Virus record (IMG/VR): IMGVR_UViG_3300028573_000011
Span: 1-64,000 of that record
Source of the DNA: a virus
Length of the DNA: 64,000 nucleotides
Reading direction: 5' to 3' (one strand)
The translations under genes were made by a program, and so were the position numbers. This document shows, piece after piece, positions 1 through 8,787 of this stretch (position 1 is the first letter of the stretch; each line of letters begins with the position of its first letter). The notes under the pieces were generated by a model. It searched no databases. It was given only the letters and a program-made list of their open reading frames with translations, and was not told the DNA's origin.

Positions 1-1399
1 GGTACTCCTTGCGCAGGGCGGCTGCGGTCTCGGTGCCGCCGCCGAGGAAGAAGCCGCTGTTCGCCCACCGGTCCAGTGAGCGCAGCACGGACTCGCCGGG
101 CAGGATCGTGAAGTGCTTGGTGTGGGCGCCGGGGGCCTGGTGCGTGTACTGCTGCGTGGAGGAGAAGGAGACGACGTTGGCGGTGTCGCAGCGGATCGCG
201 AGGGCGATGCCGAGCAGCGCTGCGGCGTGCCACCGGGCCATCTCGGAGTTGTCCGACATGGGCTCGCGCATGGACGTTGAGGTGTCGACCATGATGAGGG
301 TTCGTCCGGGCAGCTCCGGGATGTTGGCCAGGGAGGCGGACAGCGCCCGCTCGAGTGCCCCGGCCCAGCGGAGATTGTGGCCGGCGGCCCGGTAGGCGGA
401 GAGGAAGCGGATCGGCAGTTGCCGGGACCGGGCGGCTTCGATGGGGTCGGCGATCCTGGCGGCGACGGTCTCGGCGGTGGTGTCTGAGATCTTCGCGTTG
501 TCGAGGTTCCGCAGGTTCCGGAGCAGGGCCATGTAGCCCATCGACGGGATGATCGCTTCCCACGCTGCGGCGTCCATCGGTCCTTGCAGCCAGCCGCTGA
601 GGGCTTCCCAGGTCATGCCGGCCTGGGCCAGCAGGCGATGGGCTCCGGGTTCTGTCAGGAGGGTTCGGCGCTTCTGGGTGGGGAGGCCCAGGAGCCATGC
701 GCGCCGGTTCAGCATGGGGAGGGAGGCCGGGATGGTGCTGCCTCGGCCGTGGCGGCGGTCCAGGGCACAGCGGAACAGGTCACCCTGCCAGGCCTTGGCG
801 GGGTCTGGGCTGGGGTGCACCAGGTCGATAACGTCGCCGAAGCGGAAGCCGGCGGCCGGGCTGTCGTACTTGAGCAGCGCGTGCTCGGTGTACAGCTGCC
901 GCACGGCGTCGGCGACGCCGTTCTTGACCGGCTTGGGGATGGCCCGGCCGTAGTGGGACGTCCAGTAGGCGAGGATCTCGCCGGGCTCGTCGGCGCGGGC
1001 GCAGGCGCTGCGGATGAACTGGCGGTTGTAGCCGGCGCCGTTGTCGGCTCCGGTGTCGAGCCGTGCCTTCACGGCTTCGCAGGCTACGACGACTGCGGCG
1101 CTGCGCATGTGGGCCGAGTTGCGCAGCCACGGGATGAAGCCAGCCATCCAGGCGGGGTCGTCGACGGCCACGGTCTGGGCAAGGGCGGCCAGGCGCTTGC
1201 CGCGGACCTCGGCGGTCTCGTAGTGGGTGTTCTGGCCGGCCATGTCGGTGACGGCGAGCAGGAAGAGCTCGCTGGCCGGGGTGCGCGCGAAGCCGGGGGC
1301 GCCCTCGTGGGTCAGGGCGTGGCCGGTGGTGGTGATCGGGCTAGTGATGCCGGCGGCACGGGCGGCGGCCAGGCCGGGCTTGCGATTCCAGTGGCCCAT
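1..1399 (-). CDS. rsr: Ro60/TROVE domain ribonucleoprotein (3' end outside window)
   Basis: Hand translation from ATG 1399 (RBS GGAAGG): THEGAPGFARTPASELFLLAV...WLRNSAHMRS...RADEPGEILAYW...YGRAIPKPVKNGVADAVRQLYTEHALLKYD...FRFGDVIDLVHP; vWA MIDAS motif LIMVDTSTSM near 270-300. Missing from the ORF track because it has no stop in the window. Confidence 0.95.
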   Translation of the reverse strand, partial: MGHWNRKPGLAAARAAGITSPITTTGHALTHEGAPGFARTPASELFLLAVTDMAGQNTHYETAEVRGKRLAALAQTVAVDDPAWMAGFIPWLRNSAHMRSAAVVVACEAVKARLDTGADNGAGYNRQFIRSACARADEPGEILAYWTSHYGRAIPKPVKNGVADAVRQLYTEHALLKYDSPAAGFRFGDVIDLVHPSPDPAKAWQGDLFRCALDRRHGRGSTIPASLPMLNRRAWLLGLPTQKRRTLLTEPGAHRLLAQAGMTWEALSGWLQGPMDAAAWEAIIPSMGYMALLRNLRNLDNAKISDTTAETVAARIADPIEAARSRQLPIRFLSAYRAAGHNLRWAGALERALSASLANIPELPGRTLIMVDTSTSMREPMSDNSEMARWHAAALLGIALAIRCDTANVVSFSSTQQYTHQAPGAHTKHFTILPGESVLRSLDRWANSGFFLGGGTETAAALRKEY

Positions 1400-1443
1400 G
1401 GGGGTCCCTTCCTGCAGCGGGGCGGGAAGGGCCGGGGCTGTAT

Positions 1444-1579
1444 GCCCGAGGTCGGGTCGGCTGCGCTGTTCGTGCCTGCCGCTCTCCCAAGTGAGCTACC
1501 GCCCCTCGCGCAGGGCGTCCCGGAGTTGAACCGGGCCCGTCACAGACTTACTGAAGCACTCGCGGCCATCGCACCGGGC
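1444..1579 (-). ncRNA. yrlA: Y RNA, YrlA-type tRNA mimic (copy nearest rsr)
   Basis: Ends pair as CCCGGUGCG...CGACCUCGGG; inside, T-arm CCGGUUCAACUCCGG precedes a closed acceptor-like hairpin and D-arm GUAGCUCACUUGGGAGAGC; adjacent to TROVE gene. Confidence 0.85.
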
Positions 1580-1590
1580 GGGGCTCAAGC

Positions 1591-1618
1591 CCTTCCGAGG
1601 TCGTTTCGCACCGGAAGG
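1591..1618 (-). ncRNA. Minimal Ro-binding hairpin (mini Y element)
   Basis: CCUUCCGGUGCGAAACGACCUCGGAAGG: same GGUGCG/CGACCUC bulged helix as the flanking Y RNAs, closed directly by a short GAAA-containing loop. Confidence 0.7.
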
Positions 1619-1634
1619 TGCGTTGCGTCTTCGT

Positions 1635-1760
1635 ACAGTCCCGAGGTCGGGTGATCACGGAGTTGCGATAGGCCGCTCCGCCACGGTGCCGCAGCACCAC
1701 CGGGATTCGAACCCGGGATTCGTCTGCACGAAGTACCCGTGGTCGGCGCACCGGGACTGT
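1635..1760 (-). ncRNA. yrlA: Y RNA, YrlA-type tRNA mimic
   Basis: ACAGUCCCGGUGCG...CGACCUCGGGACUGU terminal helix; T-arm CCGGGUUCGAAUCCCGG; D-arm GUGGCGGAGCGGCCUAUCGC. Confidence 0.88.
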
Positions 1761-1768
1761 CGGGTTCC

Positions 1769-1917
1769 TCGAACCGAGGTCTGGCGACCAAGGAGACAAC
1801 AGTGCTCTGCCTGCTGAGCTACGGTCGGCCGCTGCTAGCTGCGGCTGGACCGGCCGGATTTGCACCCGCGACCTCTGCCTTAACTGGGAAGTAGCCCTGG
1901 TCTGCGCACCGGTTCGA
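1769..1917 (-). ncRNA. yrlA: Y RNA, YrlA-type tRNA mimic
   Basis: UCGAACCGGUGCG...AGACCUCGGUUCGA terminal helix; T-arm-like GCGGGUGCAAAUCCGGC; D-arm GUAGCUCAGCAGGCAGAGC. Confidence 0.85.
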
Positions 1918-1926
1918 AGAGTGCTT

Positions 1927-1991
1927 CTCAGAGTTCCAGATCGGATCCGGTAGGCCGCGTCAAAGGAGGAACCGGGTCCTGCGCACCTGAG
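1927..1991 (-). ncRNA. Short Y-like RNA without tRNA domain
   Basis: CUCAGGUGCG...GGAACUCUGAG terminal helix, inner CCGGU/ACCGG stem and pyrimidine-rich loop UCCUCCUUU. Confidence 0.65.
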
Positions 1992-2002
1992 TTGCGAGAT
2001 CA

Positions 2003-2032
2003 ACAGTAGCGCTCGGGGGCGCCGAAGGTCGA
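2003..2032 (-). promoter_or_regulatory. Putative housekeeping promoter of the Y-RNA/rsr transcript
   Basis: TCGACC-N18-TACTGT just upstream of the first Y-like element. Confidence 0.45.
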
Positions 2033-2098
2033 GAGGCTGTCGCAAGCCTCGAATAAAGTGTTGAATGGCTAAATCAATGGTCCGCTGTATCAAGAACC

Positions 2099-2866
2099 CT
2101 ATGGAGTGCCGCTCGCGCGCCGCTTCTGCTTGCGCTTCCAGGCACCCCAGCCAGTCGCGTTCCAGAACGGCGTCCAGCCCTTGCAGACCGCGCACGGGAA
2201 CGCATGCTTGGTCAGGGTCCCATTGATGGTCACCCTGAACACCATCTGGCCGGTACTCTCGCAGCTCGGACAGATGAACCGGGACGAGTTGGCCGGTGCC
2301 TTCTGCGCGGGGCCGCCGCCGTCGACCGCCCAGGCGTGGCCGCATTCGACGAGGCCGATGACGGTCAGGATCCGGCCGGCGCGCGTGTACAGGGGCCGCT
2401 GGCCCGAGCCGCGGCACCAGTCGCAACGCAGCCGGTTCAGGCCGATCAGATCGGCCGGCGTCGGGGACCTGGGCTTCGACCTGCTCGATCCGTCCATGCG
2501 GCCGCCGGGGCCCCGCCGGTAGTCCCGGGCCTGGGACGAGCGCTGCGTGCCGCCGGCCCCGGCCCGCTTGGCGTCCGCGCGCCGCGGGGTCGCAGCCGCG
2601 CCGGGCCGCGGGGTGCCGGCGGCTGGCGCGCGGTAAGTCCGGGCGCGGCGTGCGGACGCGAGCTCCCAGGTGCCGTCGGCACGGCGGCGCGCGCCGCGGG
2701 CGGAGACGGTCCTGGTGTCTGGGTCGCGACGGATCGAGGCAACTGTCTTGGGCCCGAACAGCGCCCGGGCCACCCGGCGCGGGGTCGGGTGGTTCCGCTC
2801 GTCGCCGAACAGGATCCGCGCGGCCACGCGGTGCGGCGCCCAGCCGGACGACTTGCGCCTGCCCAT
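2099..2866 (-). CDS. Basic protein with DnaJ-like CxxCxGxG zinc fingers
   Basis: CDWCRGSG, CPSCESTG, CAVCKG; starts 1 nt after the traB stop. Confidence 0.7.
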   Translation of the reverse strand: MGRRKSSGWAPHRVAARILFGDERNHPTPRRVARALFGPKTVASIRRDPDTRTVSARGARRRADGTWELASARRARTYRAPAAGTPRPGAAATPRRADAKRAGAGGTQRSSQARDYRRGPGGRMDGSSRSKPRSPTPADLIGLNRLRCDWCRGSGQRPLYTRAGRILTVIGLVECGHAWAVDGGGPAQKAPANSSRFICPSCESTGQMVFRVTINGTLTKHAFPCAVCKGWTPFWNATGWGAWKRKQKRRASGTP

Positions 2867-2867
2867 C

Positions 2868-5078
2868 TCAGGCCTCCCGTGCTCGGCGAGTTGGGGGGAC
2901 GGTGCACTCGAAGCGCTCGCTGCGGCCGTCGTCGTCGCGGCGGCTGGTCGCACCCTGGTGGATCTTGAATGCGTTCAGGGCGGCCTTGCAGGAGTCGCGG
3001 GCGGTCAGCCCGGGCAGCCGGTAAGCCTGGAGCTCGGCGATCGTGGCCGAGCCCAGGACGCGGAACAGCTGCCAGGCGTCCAGGAGCTCGTCGGCGACAG
3101 GGCTGTCGTCGGGGTAGGTCTCGCCGACGACCCGCAGGTAGGGGACGCCGGCGTGGAAGGCTTCGGCGTCGTCGACCACATCGCGGCCACCGCGCGGCCG
3201 GGGCCCGGCGGGCCCGGCCGGGCCGCCGGGATGGCGCGGGTCGCAGCGCCCTTGGAGGACCTCCTCCATCGCCTCGGCGGTGCGCTCGTCCAGGGCCGGG
3301 CGGCTGTCGCGGTTGGCTTCGACGGTGGCAACGATCTGCCCGGGTTCGATCATGTAGCCGCGGGCGACGGTTGGCCGGGGGTGGTCCGGCGACTTCGGCC
3401 GGAACATGCCGGGCTTGGGGAGCACGGTCTCGTCGGCGCGCCAGCCCTCGCCGTGGGCGCCGGGGCCGTGGATGACGTTTGTCTGGGTCGCGCTCCTGGT
3501 CCGGTAGCAGGCGATGTTGGTGAACTGGCCGGAGCCGTCGGTGGTCCCGCCGAGGGCCTTGCTCGACGGGGACTGGGTGGCGCCGATGATGATCAGGCCC
3601 AGGGCGCGGGAGACCTGCATCAGGCTGAGCCACTGGGTGAACAGCTTGGGGTCCAGGCGCAGCATCTCGGCGAGCTCGTCGATGAGGACGATGATGGCCG
3701 GCCCGTGGATGTCGGGGTCCCATTCGCGGACCGGCAGGCCGGTGCGCTCGCGCTCCTCGCGCAGGATCTGGCCGCGGACCTCCATCGCGGCGCCGAGCGC
3801 CTCCAGGAGCAGGGCGACGTCGCCGATGCCGTAGGCGGCGCGGTAGGCGACGGGCTCGTACGGGCCGAGTTCCAGCTGGCCGGGCTTGAGGTCCATCAGG
3901 ACCATGACGGCATTGTCCATGGAGGCGATGGAGCAGGCAGCGACGTTGACGCCGACGGACTTGCCGCCGTCGGTGATGCCGGCGTACAGCGTGTGGCGGC
4001 CGCGGAACCGGAAGGCAACCGGACGCTGGCCGTCGCGGACGCCGAGGTTGACCGGGTCCTTGATGCTGCGGGTGTTCGGGCCGGGCCACGGGACGGCGTC
4101 GTCGAGGGTGGAGTTCTCGCCGTCCTGGACGCGGATCTCGAAGCGGTTCCCGATCGCGGTGGGGATGATCTCCAGGCCGCGGCAGCCGAGGTTGCCGCGG
4201 AGGGTGTCGATGCGGGCGGCGAGCCAGCGGCTGTTCACGGTCTTGGACTCGGGGGTGTAGATCCAGGTGACCCAGGAGTCGGGGCCGCTTCGGCGGACTG
4301 CGTCGATGCGGATCGGCGCGACGCCGATGGCGGCGAAGGCGGCGTGGAGCCGGGCCGCCTCGTCGCTCATCATCGGCAGGCTGGCCGCCGTCGGCATCGG
4401 CGGCCCGCCGACGGGTGCCGGTGGCATCGGCGCCGACGCGACGGCGGCGTGGTAGTCGATGACGAAGTCGCGGTCGGCGGCCCGCCGATGGCGGCGCCAG
4501 TCGATCGAGCCGAGGGTGCCGACGGCGGCGAGCAGGAGGGTCGTCATCGCCGAGATGCCGGAGAAGCCGGCGCCGACGGCGGCGGCGCCTGAGACGCCGA
4601 CGGCGCCGCCGACGATGAGGCCGCGGGTGATGTGCCGGTCGGCGTCGGCGCCGTGGAGGTGGTGGCCCAGCCATCCGGCGGCGGGGGCGAGGGCCCCGGC
4701 GGCCAGGAAGGGGAGCATCAGCCAGATGTGGTTGGGCTCCATGTTGGCCCACCAGCCCGTCGCAGAGAACGCGCAGGAGCCGATGGCCGGCCACAGGTGG
4801 TAGTGGCGGATCAGGGCGAGGATCTCCGGCTCGGGCCGGGGGAGGTCGCGCTGGTCGATGAGGGCTGCGACGTGTAGCGGAAGCGGCTGGTAGGCGGGGT
4901 GCAGCGTGTAAGCGGGGTGGGCGGGAAAGACCGTTCCGTGCAGCTCAGAGCCGTTGTCGTACGGCGTGGCACGCCACACACCACAGTCATCAGAGGCCGG
5001 GTTCTCCGGCGCGCGCCGGAGATCGAGCGGGGCCTGGTGACTGTGGTGTGTGGCGTGGCCGTCCGTGATGTCGTGCAC
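2868..5078 (-). CDS. traB: FtsK/SpoIIIE-family conjugative DNA translocase (TraB/TraSA type)
   Basis: N-terminal TM helices, Walker A AGITDGGKS, DLKPGQLEL, Walker B IIVLIDELAE, RALGL..IGATQSP, C-terminal wHTH-like region; GTG 5078 overlaps upstream TAG. Confidence 0.88.
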   Translation of the reverse strand: MHDITDGHATHHSHQAPLDLRRAPENPASDDCGVWRATPYDNGSELHGTVFPAHPAYTLHPAYQPLPLHVAALIDQRDLPRPEPEILALIRHYHLWPAIGSCAFSATGWWANMEPNHIWLMLPFLAAGALAPAAGWLGHHLHGADADRHITRGLIVGGAVGVSGAAAVGAGFSGISAMTTLLLAAVGTLGSIDWRRHRRAADRDFVIDYHAAVASAPMPPAPVGGPPMPTAASLPMMSDEAARLHAAFAAIGVAPIRIDAVRRSGPDSWVTWIYTPESKTVNSRWLAARIDTLRGNLGCRGLEIIPTAIGNRFEIRVQDGENSTLDDAVPWPGPNTRSIKDPVNLGVRDGQRPVAFRFRGRHTLYAGITDGGKSVGVNVAACSIASMDNAVMVLMDLKPGQLELGPYEPVAYRAAYGIGDVALLLEALGAAMEVRGQILREERERTGLPVREWDPDIHGPAIIVLIDELAEMLRLDPKLFTQWLSLMQVSRALGLIIIGATQSPSSKALGGTTDGSGQFTNIACYRTRSATQTNVIHGPGAHGEGWRADETVLPKPGMFRPKSPDHPRPTVARGYMIEPGQIVATVEANRDSRPALDERTAEAMEEVLQGRCDPRHPGGPAGPAGPRPRGGRDVVDDAEAFHAGVPYLRVVGETYPDDSPVADELLDAWQLFRVLGSATIAELQAYRLPGLTARDSCKAALNAFKIHQGATSRRDDDGRSERFECTVPPTRRAREA

Positions 5079-6328
5079 TAGCGGGCCGCCGCGGTGTCGG
5101 AGCCGTCCTCGGCCAGGTCGTGGAGCTGACGGTAGAGCTCCTGGGTGGCCTTGTGGACGTCGCGGGCGAGGGAGTCGCTGGGCTCGGGCAGGCCGTATCG
5201 AGACCCTCCGATCGCTTCGACCAGGGCGGCCGCGGTCGGTGGGACACCGGTGCTCAGGAGGAGATAGCGGTAGGACGGGAACGCGCGGGCGACCAGGTCG
5301 TGGAGCTCGGCTGTGGCCTTGCGGATGTCGCGGGCGCGGGACGGCCCGAGTTCGCCCATGCCTGCTTGCTTGATCGCTTCGGCCAGGACCGGGGCGGTCG
5401 GGGTGGTGCCGGTGGTCTCGGAGAGGTGCCGATAGATCGGAAGGACGTCGAGGGCCCACTGGGCGGTGTTCCGGCGGACGGCGGCGCCGGCGGTGCTCCA
5501 GTCGTAGACGGTGGCGCCGCTGTCGGCGCCGACGTCGGCGGTCTGCGGCTTGCCGGCGGTCGGCGCCGCGTCGGCGGCGGTCGGCGCGTGGTCGGCGGCG
5601 GGTGCCGACGTCGGCACCGGCGGTGCCGTCGGCGCCGCATCGGCGGTCGGCACCCGATCGGCGGTCGGCGGGGCGTCGGCGGCGAGCGCCGACGTCGGCA
5701 CCGGGCGTGCCGTTGGCGTCGGCACCCGATCGGCGGCGGGGCGGCTGTCGGCGGGGGCGGTCCGGGTGCGGTCGGCGCCAACGGGGGCGTGCCAGTCGGC
5801 GGTCGCGGTCGGCGCCTGGTCGGCGGTGCCGGTGTCGGCGGGTGCCGAGGGGAGTTCGGCGGGGGCGCCGCCGGCGGCGAGGCGGTAGAGGTGGACGAGC
5901 CGGTCGGCGATGTAGACCGGCAGAGCCGTGACGGTGATCAGGAGGGTGACTTCAACCCAGGCGGGAATCTTGTTCCCGGCGAGGGTGAGGGTGTGGAACA
6001 CGGTGTTGGCGGCGACGGTGATGATGAGTGCCCGGCGAGTGTTGCCGATCACCTCGGCGTGCTTGGGGTGTGTGCGGGGGATGTTGGCCCCGAAGATGAT
6101 CGCGGTGATGGCGTAGCCGTCGATGACGGCGGGCAGCAGCCAGGCCAGTGAGGCCGGAGCCTTGGCCATGATGGCGATCTTGAAAAGTGCGGGCGCGGAC
6201 CATGCCTCGGCGCAGGCGAGCGCGAAGACGACGCCGATCAGGACGACCCAGCGTGCCCTGCGCGACACGGGTGGTAGCTCCTGTGGCGCGTGCGAAGTCG
6301 TGCGGGCGCTACCGTTGTGGGTGTTCAC
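5078..6328 (-). CDS. Spd-like (DUF2637-type) membrane spread protein
   Basis: Four N-terminal TM segments (AWLLPAVIDGY), Pro/Ala/Thr repeat linker, duplicated C-terminal HTH-like unit (PTAPVLAEAI/PTAAALVEAI); RBS AGGGAG; coupled to traB. Confidence 0.7.
   Translation of the reverse strand: MNTHNGSARTTSHAPQELPPVSRRARWVVLIGVVFALACAEAWSAPALFKIAIMAKAPASLAWLLPAVIDGYAITAIIFGANIPRTHPKHAEVIGNTRRALIITVAANTVFHTLTLAGNKIPAWVEVTLLITVTALPVYIADRLVHLYRLAAGGAPAELPSAPADTGTADQAPTATADWHAPVGADRTRTAPADSRPAADRVPTPTARPVPTSALAADAPPTADRVPTADAAPTAPPVPTSAPAADHAPTAADAAPTAGKPQTADVGADSGATVYDWSTAGAAVRRNTAQWALDVLPIYRHLSETTGTTPTAPVLAEAIKQAGMGELGPSRARDIRKATAELHDLVARAFPSYRYLLLSTGVPPTAAALVEAIGGSRYGLPEPSDSLARDVHKATQELYRQLHDLAEDGSDTAAAR
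5520..5850. repeat. Degenerate tandem repeats (GTCGGC-rich) encoding TAD/APT/VPT units
   Basis: Repeated GTCGGCACC, GATCGGCGG and GCCGACGTCGGC blocks. Confidence 0.6.
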
Positions 6329-6537
6329 GTCGCTCCCTATAGCGCGTGGACGGCAAAGCCCGGTGGTGCCTTGGCACCGCCGGGTTTTGTCTGTATCCCG
6401 TAGCCACCATATCCCCGAGCCGATCTGATGCAGGGCTCTTATTCCAGACGGTCCGCTGGAGGTCCTTGCTGGAGGGGTATGGGCCCGGCCGCCGCACCGG
6501 GATACAGATAGGGGGACGCGGCGGCCGAGTTCGTGGG

Positions 6538-6648
6538 CTACACGCTGGCGGTCAGCGCGATCGCGCACGCGATGGCGCAGATCACGGCGACGGCGATCAT
6601 CAGCGGTAGCGCGTGGGGTGCCGGCGGGCGCCGGTGGGCGGTGCTCAC
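6538..6648 (-). CDS. Small membrane peptide
   Basis: 36 aa with one hydrophobic helix; GTGA overlap with upstream gene. Confidence 0.45.
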   Translation of the reverse strand: MSTAHRRPPAPHALPLMIAVAVICAIACAIALTASV

Positions 6649-7166
6649 GGCTGGTCCACGGCCAGGACGGCGCGGACGGTCTTGGTGTCGCCCTCGCGGT
6701 AGGTGGTGACGGCCTCGGCGCGGGCGGCGACGTCGAGCAGGCCGCGGCCGTGGGAGGCGAAACGGTCGTCGTCGGGGTCGGCGTCGGGGTCGTCGAGCCA
6801 GGCCAGGGCGTGGTCGGTCCAGGCCGCGGCGCAGGGCCAGACGGGCATGTGGTCGGCGTCGGGGTCGGTGACCTCGATGACGACGGAGCAGCCGATCACG
6901 GTGAGGCGCAGCTCGATGGTGCCGCCGGGACCGGGCCACGTGGCGTGGCGGTCGGCGTTGGACACGAGCGCGTCGACGATCTGGACCAGGTCGTCGGCCG
7001 CCCTTATGGGCAGCTGGTGGTGGTGGGCGAAGCCGGCGGCGACCATGCGGCTGTAGGCGATCGGCTCGATCGCGTCGCGCGCGATGGAGCTCTGCAGGAC
7101 GGCGCCGTGCAGCAGCCGGTGCGCGGCGGCCGCGGGGGCGGCCTTCGGCATGGTGCTGAGTCTCAT
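6645..7166 (-). CDS. RsbW-like HATPase_c ATP-binding protein
   Basis: ALVSNADRHA, IEVTDPD, HGRGLLDV, KTVRAVL motifs. Confidence 0.85.
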   Translation of the reverse strand: MRLSTMPKAAPAAAAHRLLHGAVLQSSIARDAIEPIAYSRMVAAGFAHHHQLPIRAADDLVQIVDALVSNADRHATWPGPGGTIELRLTVIGCSVVIEVTDPDADHMPVWPCAAAWTDHALAWLDDPDADPDDDRFASHGRGLLDVAARAEAVTTYREGDTKTVRAVLAVDQP

Positions 7167-7618
7167 AAGGCACCGCCCGTCCGGCCGCGCTTGACCGCGG
7201 TGAGGATCATCGCGGCGAACGCTTCGGCCTCGTCGAGGTCCATGTCGTGGTCGCCGCCGTCGTTGAAGCACAGCTGGATGGCTGGCGGCGCGCCGTTCTC
7301 GGCGGTGAGGTGGATGTCGGCGGAACGCACGGCGGTGGCCGCGGGTCCGGCATCGGTGATGGTCAGGCGGGTGCTGGTGGCGTGGACGCCGCTGTCGGCG
7401 TCGTGGTCGTTGCACCAGGTGGGGCAGGCGGTTCGCGGTCGCGGCATGACGTGGGTCATCGCTCCGAGATCGTCCGGCATGTCGTCATCCTCAGACTCCG
7501 ATTGTGCTGACCGATTGCTAACGACGTTCCCCGCGTCGGATACACGCATCAGGGCTTTGAGATACGTCTTTCGCCCGGTCAGGTTGGCCGGCCCCAGGAC
7601 TATGCGCTGGGCCGTCAT
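7163..7618 (-). CDS. Hypothetical protein with CPxWCxxH motif (DUF6907-like)
   Basis: CPTWCNDHD...H...LDEAEAFA; start uncertain. Confidence 0.55.
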   Translation of the reverse strand: MTAQRIVLGPANLTGRKTYLKALMRVSDAGNVVSNRSAQSESEDDDMPDDLGAMTHVMPRPRTACPTWCNDHDADSGVHATSTRLTITDAGPAATAVRSADIHLTAENGAPPAIQLCFNDGGDHDMDLDEAEAFAAMILTAVKRGRTGGAL

Positions 7619-7824
7619 CGCGACACGCCCTTGCGCGGCGTGACGATCGCGGCGATCTGGCTCTGCGGGATCCGGATCCGGCCGGTCGGGGTCTCCCAGT
7701 AGGTGATGAGGCCGCCCTTGGCCCAGCGGCGGACGGTTCCGCGGTCGACCTCGAACGCCTCGGCTGCCTGGGCGCAGGAAAGCGAGGGCTCATCGCGGCC
7801 GGGCGGGGAGCTGGTGACGTCCAT
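7615..7824 (-). CDS. BldC/Xis-like MerR-type HTH DNA-binding protein
   Basis: LSCAQAAEAFEVDRGTVRRWAKGGLITYWETPTGRIRI; RBS GAGGA. Confidence 0.85.
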   Translation of the reverse strand: MDVTSSPPGRDEPSLSCAQAAEAFEVDRGTVRRWAKGGLITYWETPTGRIRIPQSQIAAIVTPRKGVSR

Positions 7825-7867
7825 CGGCGGTCGTCCTCACGTCGGGGTGGTTGCTGTGTTTGATGCA

Positions 7868-7896
7868 ACCGTAGCGCTATGGTGCTATAGCGTCAA
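7868..7896 (-). promoter_or_regulatory. Promoter of transfer operon with embedded operator
   Basis: TTGACG-N17-TACGGT; palindrome GCTATAGC (7884-7891) in the spacer. Confidence 0.75.
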
Positions 7897-7937
7897 TGCG
7901 GCTAGCGTGATCGCGCGCCGGTTTCGACGCAACAGAA

Positions 7938-7962
7938 AAGCCCCGGAGCATATCCGGGGCTT
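7938..7962 (-). terminator. Intrinsic terminator after GntR gene
   Basis: AAGCCCCGGA/TCCGGGGCTT hairpin ending in a T-tract on the minus strand. Confidence 0.7.
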
Positions 7963-7993
7963 GCAACGCTCAATTGATATGAAGGGCAGGCGC

Positions 7994-8731
7994 CTAATCG
8001 TGAACAGGGAGGTCGTATTCGAGGCGGTACCTGTTGCCGCCGAAGACCATCTCCAGCGCTTCGACGGGTCGGTCGTCGTCGGTCCAGGTCATCCGCAGCA
8101 GCCGAAAGACCGGCACGCCGGTCTGGAGCCTGAGGGTCTCGATCTCGTACGACGTCGGCATGCGGGCGTCGACCCATTCCCGGGACCGGCGCGGTGGGTA
8201 GCCCAGGCTGCGCAGGGCCGTCGGAACGCCGCCAGCCAGCTTCACGTGGCGGCCCAGCTTCGTCCCGCCGGCGATTTCAATCGGCAGGTGGGAGACCGCG
8301 ATCTCAAGAATCTCGTCGCCCTCGCGCATGTGCCGTGTGCGCCTGACAGCGGGTTCACCCGGATCGAGACCCAGCAGCTCGGCGATCTCGTCCGGGGGTG
8401 CCACCTCGGTAACCTCGATAAGGTCCGTGACAGCGTTGTAGGAGGCTGGCGCGCCCGGAACGACCGGGGAGACGTGATCTGCCGACCGGCTGATCTTTCG
8501 CCGGACCTCGCGCACGAAGACGCCGACGCCGGGGCGGGTCTCCACGAGCCCGGCCGCCTTGAGCGGCCGCAGGGCCTTCTGGACGGTGGCGTTCGCGATG
8601 CCGTAGGTCCGCATCAGCTCGTTCACGGACGGGATGGGCGCGCCGGGCGGGATCTCCCCCTTCTCAATCTTCGCCCGCAGGTCGTTGGCTACCCGCAGGT
8701 AGGCCGCCGGACCGCTGTCCCACTCGGACAT
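7994..8731 (-). CDS. GntR/HutC (UTRA) regulator, KorSA/TraR-like
   Basis: AYLRVANDLRAKIEKGEIPPGAPIPS...TVQKAL..L...GLVETRPGVGVFV plus UTRA domain; upstream of tra operon. Confidence 0.92.
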   Translation of the reverse strand: MSEWDSGPAAYLRVANDLRAKIEKGEIPPGAPIPSVNELMRTYGIANATVQKALRPLKAAGLVETRPGVGVFVREVRRKISRSADHVSPVVPGAPASYNAVTDLIEVTEVAPPDEIAELLGLDPGEPAVRRTRHMREGDEILEIAVSHLPIEIAGGTKLGRHVKLAGGVPTALRSLGYPPRRSREWVDARMPTSYEIETLRLQTGVPVFRLLRMTWTDDDRPVEALEMVFGGNRYRLEYDLPVHD

Positions 8732-8763
8732 CGCCGCCACTCCCGCCACGCTCGCAATGCGAC

Positions 8764-8787
8764 GCTATGCCGCTATAGCAGCATAGC
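8764..8787. promoter_or_regulatory. Palindromic operator, probable GntR site
   Basis: GCTATGC-C-GCTATAGC-A-GCATAGC; same core as in the tra promoter. Confidence 0.65.

Noticed and set aside
9-1654. Plus-strand ORFs in the track (e.g. 584-1654)
   Set aside because: Antisense shadows of the TROVE gene and Y RNAs.
1444-1917. tRNA genes
   Set aside because: T-arm precedes D-arm, the acceptor is closed, and there is no anticodon arm or CCA; this fits YrlA Y RNAs.
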